Shown: positions 24,070 through 36,256, numbered from the whole stretch's first letter. The stretch: DNA of 63,583 nucleotides, filler included, from Octopus bimaculoides (GCF_001194135.2; 7 parts of 7 records of this genome joined end to end with filler, not necessarily neighbours in it), one strand, 5' to 3'. The notes: generated from the letters alone by a model not told the origin. Made by a program: numbers and translations.

Positions 24070-25234
24070 AGAAATTGCTGGACACTGAACGAGTGCATGC
24101 AGAACGGTTTCGTCACTCTGCGTGCACCTCAGACAAGTCCGTCTGACAGCACATCCGTGCTTGTAGAGTTCATCTCGAACCGGTAGCGCCCCCAGGAAGC
24201 ACTACCAAACCAAATGCATCTGGAAATTATCCATACCAGCCTCCGACCGAAAACCCCTCCGGAACAGACAAGTCAGTTCGTCTTCGTCAACGCCCAGAGT
24301 CTCTCCTAGGACGTCGTCGCACTTTCCCGCCACTAATCCTCTATAAATAGCTAAAGTGGAACATCCACCGATCCTATGGCTAGACTGGTAGAGGGCAGTA
24401 AGCGCTTGATGACATTCTAAGTGTCAGGCGCCGAGTCTTGGTCTGTCCTTCATCCAGGACTGCAACTTCGTCAAAGAGACGAGCTGCGGAAATACGTGCC
24501 TCACAAACAGAACCCACATACGTTCACCTAGAAATCGTTGCAGATGGCGCAACCTGAGCGCATGTCTGCGCATCAAAAACCACGGCATGCTTAAGCCACC
24601 ACTCAGAGGGAGCTGACAGCAGATTGACCGCCGACCATTGGAACGCGTCCCTTCCACGAGAACATGAACAAGAGACGCTCCAACCTGATCAAGCAAAAAC
24701 TGGGACAAGGCACAACGGTCAGACGATAACTAACGGAGGCGATGTAGATATTGGCCACCTCTGCCCGACCTTTCAAGGACAGCTTCCTCTCAGCCCAATC
24801 TGGGTAAGACCGGCCACTCTGTTCGTCACCTCGTTCCAGTTCTTATCCGCCTTGTGGTCGGGACCAAACCAAACCCCGAGCAATTTAATTGGTCCGTCAG
24901 TCTAGCGTCCGACGATGCCGTTTGATGAGCATCGACCTGCCTCCCCAGGCGCCCAGTCGCAAGCCCACCGACTTCTCGGCATTGATTTTAGCCCCTGCAA
25001 CCAACTCATATTCTTCTAGAATGGAACCGACCGTCTCCACTTCGGAGGCATCTGACACCACGACGGTGACGTCGTCCACGTATGCAGACATTGCTCTTCC
25101 GACTCCCAGTTCTAGGGTGCTATCTAGGAATGAAATAAATTCCGCTACCGTTGTTGGCCCATCGCCCCCGCCCAAAAGTTGCACGAAGCGCTGCTGAAAA
25201 GCCGCACACATCTGCTCAGAACCATGTAACAGTT

Positions 25235-25235
<1 letters not shown>
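24070..25235 (-). mobile_element. Tx1/L1-like LINE ORF2 fragment (RT C-terminus to Cys-rich domain)
   Basis: SAYVDDVTVVVS...GAKINAEKSVGL, RRSICCQLPLSGGLSMP, then LPVRDELYKHG...CLRC...ETVLHALVQCP; homologous to 43500-44500. Confidence 0.88.
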
Positions 25236-25296
<61 letters not shown>

Positions 25297-25854
25297 TGTA
25301 TGTATGTATGTATGTTTGTATGTGTGTATGTATAGAGACACAGATAAGCAGACAGATAGATAGAGGGACATTTATATATAGATATATATTATTTTTCTTG
25401 ATCTGAGGATCGTTTTAGTAATAAAAAAGAAAAGAATTTGCACAAGTTACAGATTTTAGTTTACATTTTTATTCTTTGACTGATTTGGTAAAGTCTTTTG
25501 CTTCAAGTCTGTGGCATTTCCAGTGGGTGGGTGGGGGGTGTCCACAGCTGTATTATTCTCATGGCCTGGTCCTTACATATTGATTGTATGGCGAAATGGA
25601 AGCAGTGAGTCTGTGTTCATAAACACATATGTCTGTATACGTACATGTATATGTGCACATACATGTTTGCTGTAATGTTTTTGTTGTGATTTTCCTGTGT
25701 GCACATGTATAGTTTTGTTTATGAAATATTTTGTCTTATTAAACACACAACAACCTGCACACATACACAAATACATACACATATCAATTATTTTTATAAT
25801 TTTATTCAAGTTGGATGTGATAAGAGGTTGAGTATCAGACAAAATGTAACACAA

Positions 25855-26190
25855 GATGTATAGGGTGTTTGATTATGTCCCTTTATATATGAAGTTTAAC
25901 TCTTTAGCATACAAATTATTCTGTCAAATGCAATGCTTATTTATTCAAACTCTTCTGCACAAAATGTATAGGTGACTTCGGTTATGTCCCTTTATATTTC
26001 GAGTTTAGCTCTTCAGGATTCTGGTTATTTTGTCAAATGTAATATTTATTTATTTACATTGTTTCAAATTAAACATGTATTATCTTATGGCTTCAAGATT
26101 TTGATGATGTGGTTGTATATTTTTTTTTAGAATGACATTGTAGAATAGTTGTGAGAGGCTGAATCTGGCTGGCTTGAATATAAAACAGAA
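25855..26190 (+). repeat. Short tandem duplication (~105 bp) plus interspersed repeat
   Basis: 25855-25955 and 25960-26060 share tgtatagg...gattatgtccctttatat...gtcaaatg.aat..ttattta. Confidence 0.55.
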
Positions 26191-26196
26191 GATGGT

Positions 26197-26600
26197 GTGA
26201 TTTGGTTTTTCTCAGATGGGAAAAACTTTGAGCAGGATCAGAAAACTAACACAAGAAATGACAGATGGCTATGTGCAGACCCTTCTGAGATTCCGAGAAT
26301 AATGCACACAAAAATTCTTCTAAGTATCATGGTTTTGGGTGTTGTTAGCAGTGAAGGACATGTGATGCCTTGTCACTTTTTTCCACAAGGCCTTAGGGTG
26401 AATGCTGCTGTGTATGTTGAGGTTATGGTTAAAATTGTTAAGCCTTGGATAAACAGTGTATGCAATGGAAGGCCTTATGTCTTTCAACAAGATTCTGCAC
26501 CATCACACAAGGCTCAAATGACACGAGAATGGATTACCGACAATTTGCATGATCACATCACCCCGAACATTTAGCATTCTAATTCTCCACATCTCGATGC
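26197..26600 (+). mobile_element. Tc1/mariner-superfamily (maT-like) transposase fragment
   Basis: FFSDGKNF...IMVLGVVSSEGHVMP...YVFQQDSAPSHKA...ITPNI*HSNSP (first two catalytic Asp motifs; premature stop at the WPPNSP position). Confidence 0.88.
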
Positions 26601-27779
26601 TAATTCCTAAAAAGGGGGTCATAACACTGAAATACTGAATGCAAGGTAAGTCACCATTAATTCATATGCCTATTTTCTTGTGATTTGTCTTGGATTTATT
26701 TCAGATTGTTCTGGCCTTACCCACGAATTTTATATAATATATATATATGTTATACACACACACACATACATGTATGTATGTNNNNNNNNNNNNNNNNNNN
26801 NNNNNNNNNNNNNNNNNNNNNNNNNNNNNNNNNNNNNNNNNNNNNNNNNNNNNNNNNNNNNNNNNNNNNNNNNNNNNNNNNNNNNNNNNNNNNNNNNNNN
26901 NNNNNNNNNNNNNNNNNNNNNNNNNNNNNNNNNNNNNNNNNNNNNNNNNNNNNNNNNNNNNNNNNNNNNNNNNNNNNNNNNNNNNNNNNNNNNNNNNNNN
27001 NNNNNNNNNNNNNNNNNNNNNNNNNNNNNNNNNNNNNNNNNNNNNNNNNNNNNNNNNNNNNNNNNNNNNNNNNNNNNNNNNNNNNNNNNNNNNNNNNNNN
27101 NNNNNNNNNNNNNNNNNNNNNNNNNNNNNNNNNNNNNNNNNNNNNNNNNNNNNNNNNNNNNNNNNNNNNNNNNNNNNNNNNNNNNNNNNNNNNNNNNNNN
27201 NNNNNNNNNNNNNNNNNNNNNNNNNNNNNNNNNNNNNNNNNNNNNNNNNNNNNNNNNNNNNNNNNNNNNNNNNNNNNNNNNNNNNNNNNNNNNNNNNNNN
27301 NNNNNNNNNNNNNNNNNNNNNNNNNNNNNNNNNNNNNNNNNNNNNNNNNNNNNNNNNNNNNNNNNNNNNNNNNNNNNNNNNNNNNNNNNNNNNNNNNNNN
27401 NNNNNNNNNNNNNNNNNNNNNNNNNNNNNNNNNNNNNNNNNNNNNNNNNNNNNNNNNNNNNNNNNNNNNNNNNNNNNNNNNNNNNNNNNNNNNNNNNNNN
27501 NNNNNNNNNNNNNNNNNNNNNNNNNNNNNNNNNNNNNNNNNNNNNNNNNNNNNNNNNNNNNNNNNNNNNNNNNNNNNNNNNNNNNNCATTATCGCTTTTC
27601 ATATAAGTTTCCGATGAACTTCTAAATTAGATATTTTGTTTGGTAGGAGGAATAACTGGCAACCAAGGTATTTTACAATAAAGGGGAGGTAAATCTGTTA
27701 TTTTTCAATTTTGGTCTACATTTGATTGTAATAGTTGGGGTTAATTTTTAATTTTTAGTATGGGTTTATATTTAATTCG

Positions 27780-28260
27780 GGCTTCTATTTTTCGATAAAT
27801 TAGGCCTCTTTATTTAGTCATACTTGCGTTGAGATCCAAATAGCAATTTGATATAACTGAAAGATTAGGAATTGTGGTTGCAGTTGTTCTGCACATCTGT
27901 CAATGTGTTCACTGAGATATATCTGACAATATTGTGGGGAGGATATCGGTTGTCTGTGGACTGTACAACTCTGTCTGAGAGACTTTCCTGCTGACCCTAT
28001 ATAGTTTTTTATGGCAGCGCGAGTATCTGATAATATAAATGAGGTTTTCAGAGGCACAAGTTAAGTTTGATTTAACTTTGAATATTTGCCCTTGTCTAGA
28101 ATGGAATTCTGATCCTTCCAAACTTCTGGGACATGCTCCGCAGTTAGGACGACCACTTTTATTACTCTTGCATCTGTTATTCTTGAAAATAATTTAGCGT
28201 TTGTGCTGATCTTCTTTAATACCTTTGGTTGTTTACTGCTTTTAATGATCTTTATGGGTA
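27780..28260 (-). mobile_element. Penelope-like GIY-YIG endonuclease remnant
   Basis: FKVKSNLTCASENLIYIIRYSRC, frameshift, KNYIGSAGKSLRQSCTVHRQ...LSEHIDRCA. Confidence 0.8.
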
Positions 28261-28536
28261 CATAGAATTTCCAAGCATAATGACACCAAGTATTATGTTG
28301 GAAGAAAAAATCTTATTTTGTACAATATTGTATAATACTTTTACTATTATGATTCTAATATATTCTTTAGTCTTTTAAAACAAATCTTTTGTGTTTTTAG
28401 TCTTATTTCTTTCCATATATATATGATGTATGATGTATATATTTTAGATGGTAGCTGCTTCAAGTTATTAGAGATTGGTCATCAATGTTGCTTATATAAT
28501 CCTGTTAATTCAGCCTGTGCTTCGATCTCCTCAGTT

Positions 28537-28595
28537 TCACTTCTGCTCAGCAAGCTTGCTCTTTCGGAAACCATAGCCAAAATATATGAAGAAGC
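28537..28595 (-). CDS. SLC7A1-4-like: CAT copy B exon 14 (terminal)
   Basis: cag acceptor; GFFIYFGYGFRKSKLAEQK* with TGA at 28539-28537 (CAT C-terminal IYFGYG motif). Confidence 0.92.
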
Positions 28596-28732
28596 CTGAA
28601 AAAAGAAAAGTATAAGATATCATGTAAGCATCATGTTGTATACATATATATGTCTGTACATGCATAGCACTCTTTGAAGATACAAGGACCAACTTGAAGC
28701 AACACTGAAATCCAGAGGAATTGAACTTAAAT

Positions 28733-28781
<49 letters not shown>

Positions 28782-28806
28782 TAGTGAAAGAAGATGAAAT
28801 ACAAAC

Positions 28807-28915
28807 CGATAACCATCCATACACAAAATCGTATCCATGTTGAAGGCGATAACTTGAGCATGAGATAAATGTTCACAGCAGCACTAAGTTCTGGCAGAAA
28901 TGGTACAAGTGGCAC
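28807..28915 (-). CDS. SLC7A1-4-like: CAT copy B exon 13
   Basis: cag/gt, 109 nt; [36 protein letters not shown]. Confidence 0.95.
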
Positions 28916-28920
28916 CTGGA

Positions 28921-28969
<49 letters not shown>

Positions 28970-29126
28970 TAGATATAGAGAAGAGTTCTTTAGTTGTAAA
29001 ATGATTGACACAATCCATCACTTAAGGTAAACATAAATGACGAAGAGCATGTTTCGAAAGTAACAGATATTTATTTGTAGTTGAACTATATTTCGGCATC
29101 TCGCGTACCTTCCACAGGTTCAAAAC

Positions 29127-29179
<53 letters not shown>

Positions 29180-29199
29180 GAAAATCTCTTTCTGCTCAC

Positions 29200-29360
29200 T
29201 TTGAATGGGATGTTGGCAGTGTTGGATGGCTGCATAGCAATAATTATCATGCAAATAATGATGAGGACTATGAACTGAATAATCAAGTAAATGGCCCAGC
29301 CACTGGTCAGGTCATCTTCTGCATTCACCAGGACAACGCACAAAGCAATTGCAAACAGAC
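29200..29360 (-). CDS. SLC7A1-4-like: CAT copy B exon 12
   Basis: cag/gtgag, 161 nt; LFAIALCVVLVNAEDD...IIIAMQPSNTANIPFK (QP...FK precedes VP as in CATs). Confidence 0.9.
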
Positions 29361-29404
29361 CTGTGGAAAGATAGGGAAAGAAAATAGATAGAAAGTGCAA
29401 ATTA

Positions 29405-29566
29405 TTACAAGCATGTCTGTGTGGTAGGAAGTTTACTTGCCAACCACATGGTTGAGGGTTCAGTCTCACAGTGTGGTCAACTTGAGCAGCTGTCTTCTAT
29501 TATAGCCCCAGACTGATCAAAGACTTGTGAGGAGATTTGGTAGATGGAAACTGAAAGAAGACCATT

Positions 29567-29619
<53 letters not shown>

Positions 29620-29750
29620 CAGGAGTGGCTGTGTGGTAAGTAGCTTGCTTACCAAACACATGATTCCAGGTTCTCATCCCACTGCATGGCAACTTGGGCG
29701 AGTGTCTTCTACTATAGCCTAGAGCCAACCAAAACCTTGTGAGTGGTAAA
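29405..29750. mobile_element. Two SINE family 1 heads
   Basis: gtgtggtaggaagtttacttgccaaccacatgg (29420) and gcaggagtggctgtgtggtaagtagcttgcttacc (29618). Confidence 0.75.
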
Positions 29751-29888
29751 ATTCAGGCTACACACGTTTCCCAGCTAGCAGAACCTCAGAGGCAGAATGA
29801 GGGGTATTCCACTAGCTACACATTAGGCCGAAGATACCTTAGTTAAATGAAGGCTACATTGTTTTCACGGGATCCCAAGTTGACTCAC

Positions 29889-29919
<31 letters not shown>

Positions 29920-29924
29920 CTTAC

Positions 29925-30041
29925 TGAGTATAGATGAAGTTGTTGTCACAATGGCTTCACTAATTTTGGTTGGAAATGTTGTTTCTGGTTTTATCAGTTG
30001 CTTCAGACTAAATTTTCCTTGAAACTCAATATTGTTGCCAG
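29925..30041 (-). CDS. SLC7A1-4-like: CAT copy B exon 11
   Basis: cag/gtaag, 117 nt, phase-symmetric; GNNIEFQGKFSLKQLIKPETTFPTKISEAIVTTTSSIL (CAT loop ending PT..S..IV). Confidence 0.82.
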
Positions 30042-30179
30042 CTGCACTAATATAAGAAGAAGACAGAAGATTTTGTTTGATATCAGACATTGGAAGGAAA
30101 CAAAAAGCAATGGGCCCACCCTACTGATGCTATTTGAACCTAGTATCTATCATTTGCCAGGCAACCATGTTACCATGTT

Positions 30180-30395
30180 AGGCGGCGAGCTGGCAGAATC
30201 GTTAGCACGTCGGGCGAAATGCTTAGCGGTATTTCGTCTGCTGCTACGTTCTGAGTTCAAATTCCGCCGAGGTCGACTTAGCCTTTCATCCATTCGGAGT
30301 CGATTAAATAAGTACCAGTTACGCACTGGGGTCGATGTAATTGACTTAATCCGTTTGTCCCCTCTATGTTTAGCCCCTTGTGGGCAATAAAAATA
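30180..30395 (+). mobile_element. SINE family 2, well-preserved copy
   Basis: tRNA-like head ggcggcgagctggcagaatcgttagca...gttctgagttcaaattccgcc, central gtcgacttagcctttcatcc domain, tail ttgtcccctctatgt...aataaa. Confidence 0.85.
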
Positions 30396-30701
30396 AGAAC
30401 CATGTTACCACAGAGGACCAGCTTCATTTTGATGTATGATACATGTTCCTGTGTTGGTAATTATACTAGTCCAAAACAAAATGGCATCACTTTTTGACTC
30501 ACCCTCGTATATNNNNNNNNNNNNNNNNNNNNNNNNNNNNNNNNNNNNNNNNNNNNNNNNNNNNNNNNNNNNNNNNNNNNNNNNNNNNNNNNNNNNNNNN
30601 NNNNNNNNNNNNNNNNNNNNNNNNNNNNNNNNNNNNNNNNNNNNNNNNNNNNNNNNNNNNNNNNNNNNNNNNNNNNNNNNNNNNNNNNNNNNNNNNNNNN
30701 N

Positions 30702-30756
30702 NTAACTGTCCGGTTTCATTGCTGGTTCTTCGTTCTCAAAAGCCTTTACTCTGTAA
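30702..30756 (-). CDS. SLC7A1-4-like: CAT copy B exon 10 (3' end lost in gap)
   Basis: cag acceptor in phase with exon 9 gives VILR-YRVKAFENEEPAMKPDS (conserved LRY). Confidence 0.75.
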
Positions 30757-31016
30757 CTGCATTCCAAACAAAGAACAGCATGCGGAAGAGAAAACAAGGA
30801 AGGAAGGAAGAATATAAGAATATGGTGAAGCTGTTCTCCATAATGTGTCAAGCAGAATAATTAATAAATTGTTTTGTTACATTTAGATATAATCATGAAC
30901 ACACACACTCTCTCTCCCACACATGCACACATACACACACTCATGTACACACACACAGGTAGATAGATAGCTAGGCAGACAGACAGAGAGATAACTAGCT
31001 AGCTAGCTTGATAGAT

Positions 31017-31076
<60 letters not shown>

Positions 31077-31375
31077 AATAGATAGACCGATAGATAGACC
31101 GATACATAGATAAATGATTTCATACAACATATTCCCCTCTCAGATTCACACACATTTTGCAGTGGTCCTTCAGTTTTTCTAAGCCCTGTAAAAGAACTTG
31201 GAATGTTGGATCTCCAACCAGGCCTTTCGTAACACCCTCAAAGTCAAGAACCTTTCTGCATCCCCTCTTACATATACGTGTATGTGTGTGTGTGTGCATG
31301 TGTTTGTGTACATATGTATGTATGTATTTATGTATTTATGTATATATGTTTGTGTGTATGTATATGTTTACTTAC

Positions 31376-31478
31376 CGTAAAATAACAACACACTTGGCCA
31401 CAAACGTGTAAGCTAGGAGAGTTCCAATGGACATCATATTCACCAGTTCAGTGAGATCAAAAATGAGAGCAGTCACAC
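31376..31478 (-). CDS. SLC7A1-4-like: CAT copy B exon 9
   Basis: tag/gtaag, 103 nt; [35 protein letters not shown]; 4 differences from copy A. Confidence 0.92.
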
Positions 31479-31724
31479 CTAAAATAATGTAATATAAACA
31501 CAAGGAGAATAGTGAAAAACATTGTTGTTTGTTCCTTCTTGAGTCATGCTTGGCTTGTAAAGGCCGGTCTCCCGGTTTCATTGGCGTATAGATGCCCCAC
31601 CTGGATGGGACGCTGACCCATCGCAGGTGAGCTGCTAGATGCAAGAGCAAAGTGTGAGAGAAAATTGTGGTGAAAGAGTCAGCAGACTGACAGATATACA
31701 TGCATGTATGTATATATATGCATG

Positions 31725-31755
<31 letters not shown>

Positions 31756-32229
31756 NNNNNNNNNNNNNNNNNNNNNNNNNNNNNNNNNNNNNNNNNNNNN
31801 NNNNNNNNNNNNNNNNNNNNNNNNNNNNNNNNNNNNNNNNNNNNNNNNNNNNNNNNNNNNNNNNNNNNNNNNNNNNNNNNNNNNNNNNNNNNNNNNNNNN
31901 NNNNNNNNNNNNNNNNNNNNNNNNNNNNNNNNNNNNNNNNNNNNNNNNNNNNNNNNNNNNNNNNNNNNNNNNNNNNNNNNNNNNNNNNNNNNNNNNNNNN
32001 NNNNNNNNNNNNNNNNNNNNNNNNNNNNNNNNNNNNNNNNNNNNNNNNNNNNNNNNNNNNNNNNNNNNNNNNNNNNNNNNNNNNNNNNNNNNNNNNNNNN
32101 NNNNNNNNNNNNNNNNNNNNNNNNNNNNNNNNNNNNNNNNNNNNNNNNNNNNNNNNNNNNNNNNNNNNNNNNNNNNNNNNNNNNNNNNNNNNNNNNNNNN
32201 NNNNNNNNNNNNNNNNNNNNNNNNNNNNN

Positions 32230-32282
<53 letters not shown>

Positions 32283-32527
32283 ACACTATAAACAGATAGA
32301 CAGACAGATATACAAACAGACAGCTAGAAAATATATAGGCACTCAGACATCTATATATATGTAGACACGCAGATAGCCAGACAGATGGACAATTGGACAG
32401 ACAGACTGAGAGAGAGAGAGAGACGGACAGACAGACAGAATGAGAGGCTGACAGACAGGCAGACTGGGAGACAGACAAATAAATTGATAAATAAATAAAT
32501 AAATAGATAAAGTAGAAGCTGAATGAC

Positions 32528-32667
32528 CTGCAAAGAGTCCAGCGACCAACGTTGCCAGGACAGGGGTCTTGAACTTGTCTGATACTTTAGAAAAGGCACC
32601 AAAGATTATGCGGTCCTCAGCCATTGCATATACAACCCTGGGTAAGGGAAATATTGAACCTACCATG
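32528..32667 (-). CDS. SLC7A1-4-like: CAT copy B exon 8
   Basis: cag/gt, 140 nt; SMVGSIFPLPRVVYAMAEDRIIFGAFSKVSDKFKTPVLATLVAGLFA; 7 differences from copy A. Confidence 0.92.
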
Positions 32668-32869
32668 CTGAAATATATAAAGAGGTTGGTGGGGATATAG
32701 AATATTATAGTGGTGGTGGTGGTGGTCATCATTGGAATATCTTTGATCATGGCAGTGAATATATGTATTTATGTGTGTATGTGTTATTTTGTATGTATAG
32801 TGAAACAGAGAAATAGTGAGGGGGTGAGAGAAAGAAAGAGAGAGAAGGAGAAAGGGGGAAAAGAGTAAG

Positions 32870-32920
<51 letters not shown>

Positions 32921-33088
32921 GATAGAGAGAGAGAGAGACAGACAGACAGAGAAAGCAAGTGAGAAAAAGGGAGGGAGAGCAAGTGAGANNNNNNNNNNNN
33001 NNNNNNNNNNNNNNNNNNNNNNNNNNNNNNNNTTAATTAATTAANNNNNNNNNNNNNNNNNNNNNNNNNNNNNNNNNNNNNNNNNNNN

Positions 33089-35445
33089 TTAATGATGGTA
33101 CCTGTTAACGCCCTTTGAATTATTAGCTTGATCCGCTTTCTGTACTCCTCATTCTCCAAGAGGGACTTGTTGAGTTTCCAGTAGCCAGATCCCTGTCTAT
33201 ACATTTTATCTACAGTCAGCTCGGTTGTGACCATCTTGTGGTCACTATAGCTGACTGGGTAAAATTGTGGACACCTAACTATATCTTTATCTACTTTTCT
33301 TATCAATATCCTATCTAAATAAGACCTGGAAGACCCATCGCTACTTGACCACGTCCACAGTGGAGCTGTTGGGTGTTCCAGTCTATACGGGTCTACCAGC
33401 TGAAAGTGGCTGAGTAGGTCCGGAAAGCCAGGACTCGCTGTTCTATCTGTCTGCGAGCCAACACAATCAACACGCGCATCGTCAATTGTGTTGAAGTCAC
33501 CTAACATGACTAAAGAATGTGACGCTGAAAGGAATTTCCCGAGGTCACGGAAATATTGATTCTGTAAACCACTTGTGTTGGGTGCATAAATTGCAACCAA
33601 CCTGACTGTCTTACCACAACTAAATGTCAAATCCAGGACGACCAGCCTGTCTCCTGGATCAATAAAAATAGACATTACCTCAGCAACCCGGTCTCTTTTT
33701 ATTAAGACCAACACCCCACCCCCACCTCCCGGCCGACATGGAGAGACGTATCTCTCGTAGCCGTTCAAGAGGGGGAGCAGATCTCTTGGCCTGCTTATCC
33801 GGGCTTCTGTGGCAGCAATCACATCTAAATTTCGCGACCTGATGTCATTTAGGAAGCGCCCCTGCTTCCAGCTCGACGACAGGCCGCGTACATTTAAACA
33901 ACCAATTCGAACAGCCATAAGTGTCTTACCTTAATCAGTATCTGGCGGGGGGGAAATCCCCGCCTTTTCCACTTCATCTGGGGCCTGTGGAGTCGGAGGT
34001 AAAAAATTCTCCGACATGGTAGGTACGTAATCCAACCTTGGCACCCCTATGTCTCTCCTATAGGTATTGCTGAGAACGTTGAACATTTTTCTCGTTTTAT
34101 AAACAGCTTTTCCTTTTTTTAACTCTATCCTTTTCATTTTTTCTTTGTCGATAGTTGCTAAGTGGTTCATTAGCTCTCTGTTTGAGGTTCGAACCACCAT
34201 ATACATACTGTCTTTTACTTTTGATTCACTTTTTTTTTGTTTTTTTCTTTTCTTTTTCCTTTTCTTTCGTTGGGGAGGGTTGTTTTCTTTTGTTGGACAC
34301 AATAGTCCAACCCTCTCCAACCTTTTCCACTGGCACCAGTGTTTGCTCTTGTTTATCTTCCACCATCTCTGGACTTTTTTCCTCTTCTTCTGTTTCCTTC
34401 CTTTCTTCTCCATTTTTCTTCCCTTCGTCTCCAGTTTCCTTCTTTTTCCCTTCTGTATCCTCCTGGTTAGTCTTTCCATCGTCCGTCTTCTGGCTGCAGT
34501 TCACCCTGAGGTGACCCTTCTTGCCACACTGGAAGCAACGAGGTTTGCGGCCATCTACNNNNNNNNNNNNNNNNNNNNNNNNNNNNNNNNNNNNNNNNNN
34601 NNNNNNNNNNNNNNNNNNNNNNNNNNNNNNNNNNNNNNNNNNNNNNNNNNNNNNNNNNNNNNNNNNNNNNNNNNNNNNNNNNNNNNNNNNNNNNNNNNNN
34701 NNNNNNNNNNNNNNNNNNNNNNNNNNNNNNNNNNNNNNNNNNNNNNNNNNNNNNNNNNNNNNNNNNNNNNNNNNNNNNNNNNNNNNNNNNNNNNNNNNNN
34801 NNNNNNNNNNNNNNNNNNNNNNNNNNNNNNNNNNNNNNNNNNNNNNNNNNNNNNNNNNNNNNNNNNNNNNNNNNNNNNNNNNNNNNNNNNNNNNNNNNNN
34901 NNNNNNNNNNNNNNNNNNNNNNNNNNNNNNNNNNNNNNNNNNNNNNNNNNNNNNNNNNNNNNNNNNNNNNNNNNNNNNNNNNNNNNNNNNNNNNNNNNNN
35001 NNNNNNNNNNNNNNNNNNNNNNNNNNNNNNNNNNNNNNNNNNNNNNNNNNNNNNNNNNNNNNNNNNNNNNNNNNNNNNNNNNNNNNNNNNNNNNNNNNNN
35101 NNNNNNNNNNNNNNNNNNNNNNNNNNNNNNNNNNNNNNNNNNNNNNNNNNNNNNNNNNNNNNNNNNNNNNNNNNNNNNNNNNNNNNNNNNNNNNNNNNNN
35201 NNNNNNNNNNNNNNNNNNNNNNNNNNNNNNNNNNNNNNNNNNNNNNNNNNNNNNNNNNNNNNNNNNNNNNNNNNNNNNNNNNNNNNNNNNNNNNNNNNNN
35301 NNNNNNNNNNNNNNNNNNCTGTTACAAAGAGATTTCTTCTCTTTCTTTCAAAATTTTACAATTAAGGCTTCACAGCACAAAAACACAGACAAAATTCAAA
35401 AATAGTCCAAAGAACACACTATCCAAAAAACGTCCAACACGGTAA
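33089..35445 (-). mobile_element. Tx1/L1-like LINE, 5' half (5'UTR, ORF1 with CCHC knuckle, ORF2 endonuclease)
   Basis: ORF1 VDGRKPRCFQCGKKGHLRVNC ending at 33931; ORF2 from 33918 MAVRIGCLNVRGL...GDFN...SYLDRILI...SDHKMV open to the spacer. Confidence 0.92.
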
Positions 35446-36256
35446 CATTGTTTTGGGGATTTAGTGGGGGTTTGTTGCTCGTGTTTATTTATATTTATGT
35501 CGAGCAAGTAGTCTCCACTGAATTCCACGCATTTGTCTGCCTGTGGTTGTGCTTAATGTCTCACTTAGCGGTGAGAAGAGTGTTTTGGAGGTATCTCTCC
35601 TCCAAAAATTGTGAACTTAGTTTGTAAAGGTTTGTTGTCTTCAAGCTGTGAATTGAGAACTACAAATGAATATTGTGAACTTCGGTGGGAAGTGTGCCAC
35701 TGACAGAACAGATTCCGGTCACTCCCAGTGAAGAAGAAATTGTCATTTTCTTCCTTAGGGGCGGACCGGTAGAGAAGTATCTGGATGAACTTTTAAAAAG
35801 AGAAAGGTTTGAAATGGCCTGTATGGACAGTCTAAGTTGGCCTCCGCTGGTAATTGCGGAAGCCATTAGTCAGATAGAACTTAATATGGTCAAAGCGACC
35901 TGTGAACATGAAGAATTTGAAATACGTATTCCGGGCCAACCATGGCAGGATTTCCTGGAAGCAGCAGGGATCCTGCTTGGAGACCCGGACAAAGAGGATT
36001 AATAGAAAAATGTTTTATTTGATTTTTATTGAACTTTTGAACTTAATTGTATTTTCATGTGAGTTGTATTGAACAATGTTTTCGTGGGGTTATCGGTCGG
36101 TAGGCGCCGGTGCTCCTCCCATTTTTATTTCAACCTTTTTTGTTATCACCCTCATCTCATTAATGTCTGTGTCCAGCCCGCAGCTACTTTATGTTTGTCT
36201 GTCCTTGTTTGTCCCCTCTTTGTAAGGCCTTAATGGCCAATATTTAATGAAATAAA
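35446..36256 (+). mobile_element. Short non-autonomous element with a 105-codon ORF (35685-36002) and an L1-like 3' tail
   Basis: GT-rich leader, uninterrupted ORF (GTG start), tail ttgtcccctctttgt...gaaataaa like the LINE end at 45049-45088. Confidence 0.5.

Noticed and set aside
34145-34514. Hydrophobic Phe-rich plus-strand ORFs resembling membrane proteins
   Set aside because: Antisense of the Lys/Glu-rich LINE ORF1 linker; the same applies at 36877-37254.
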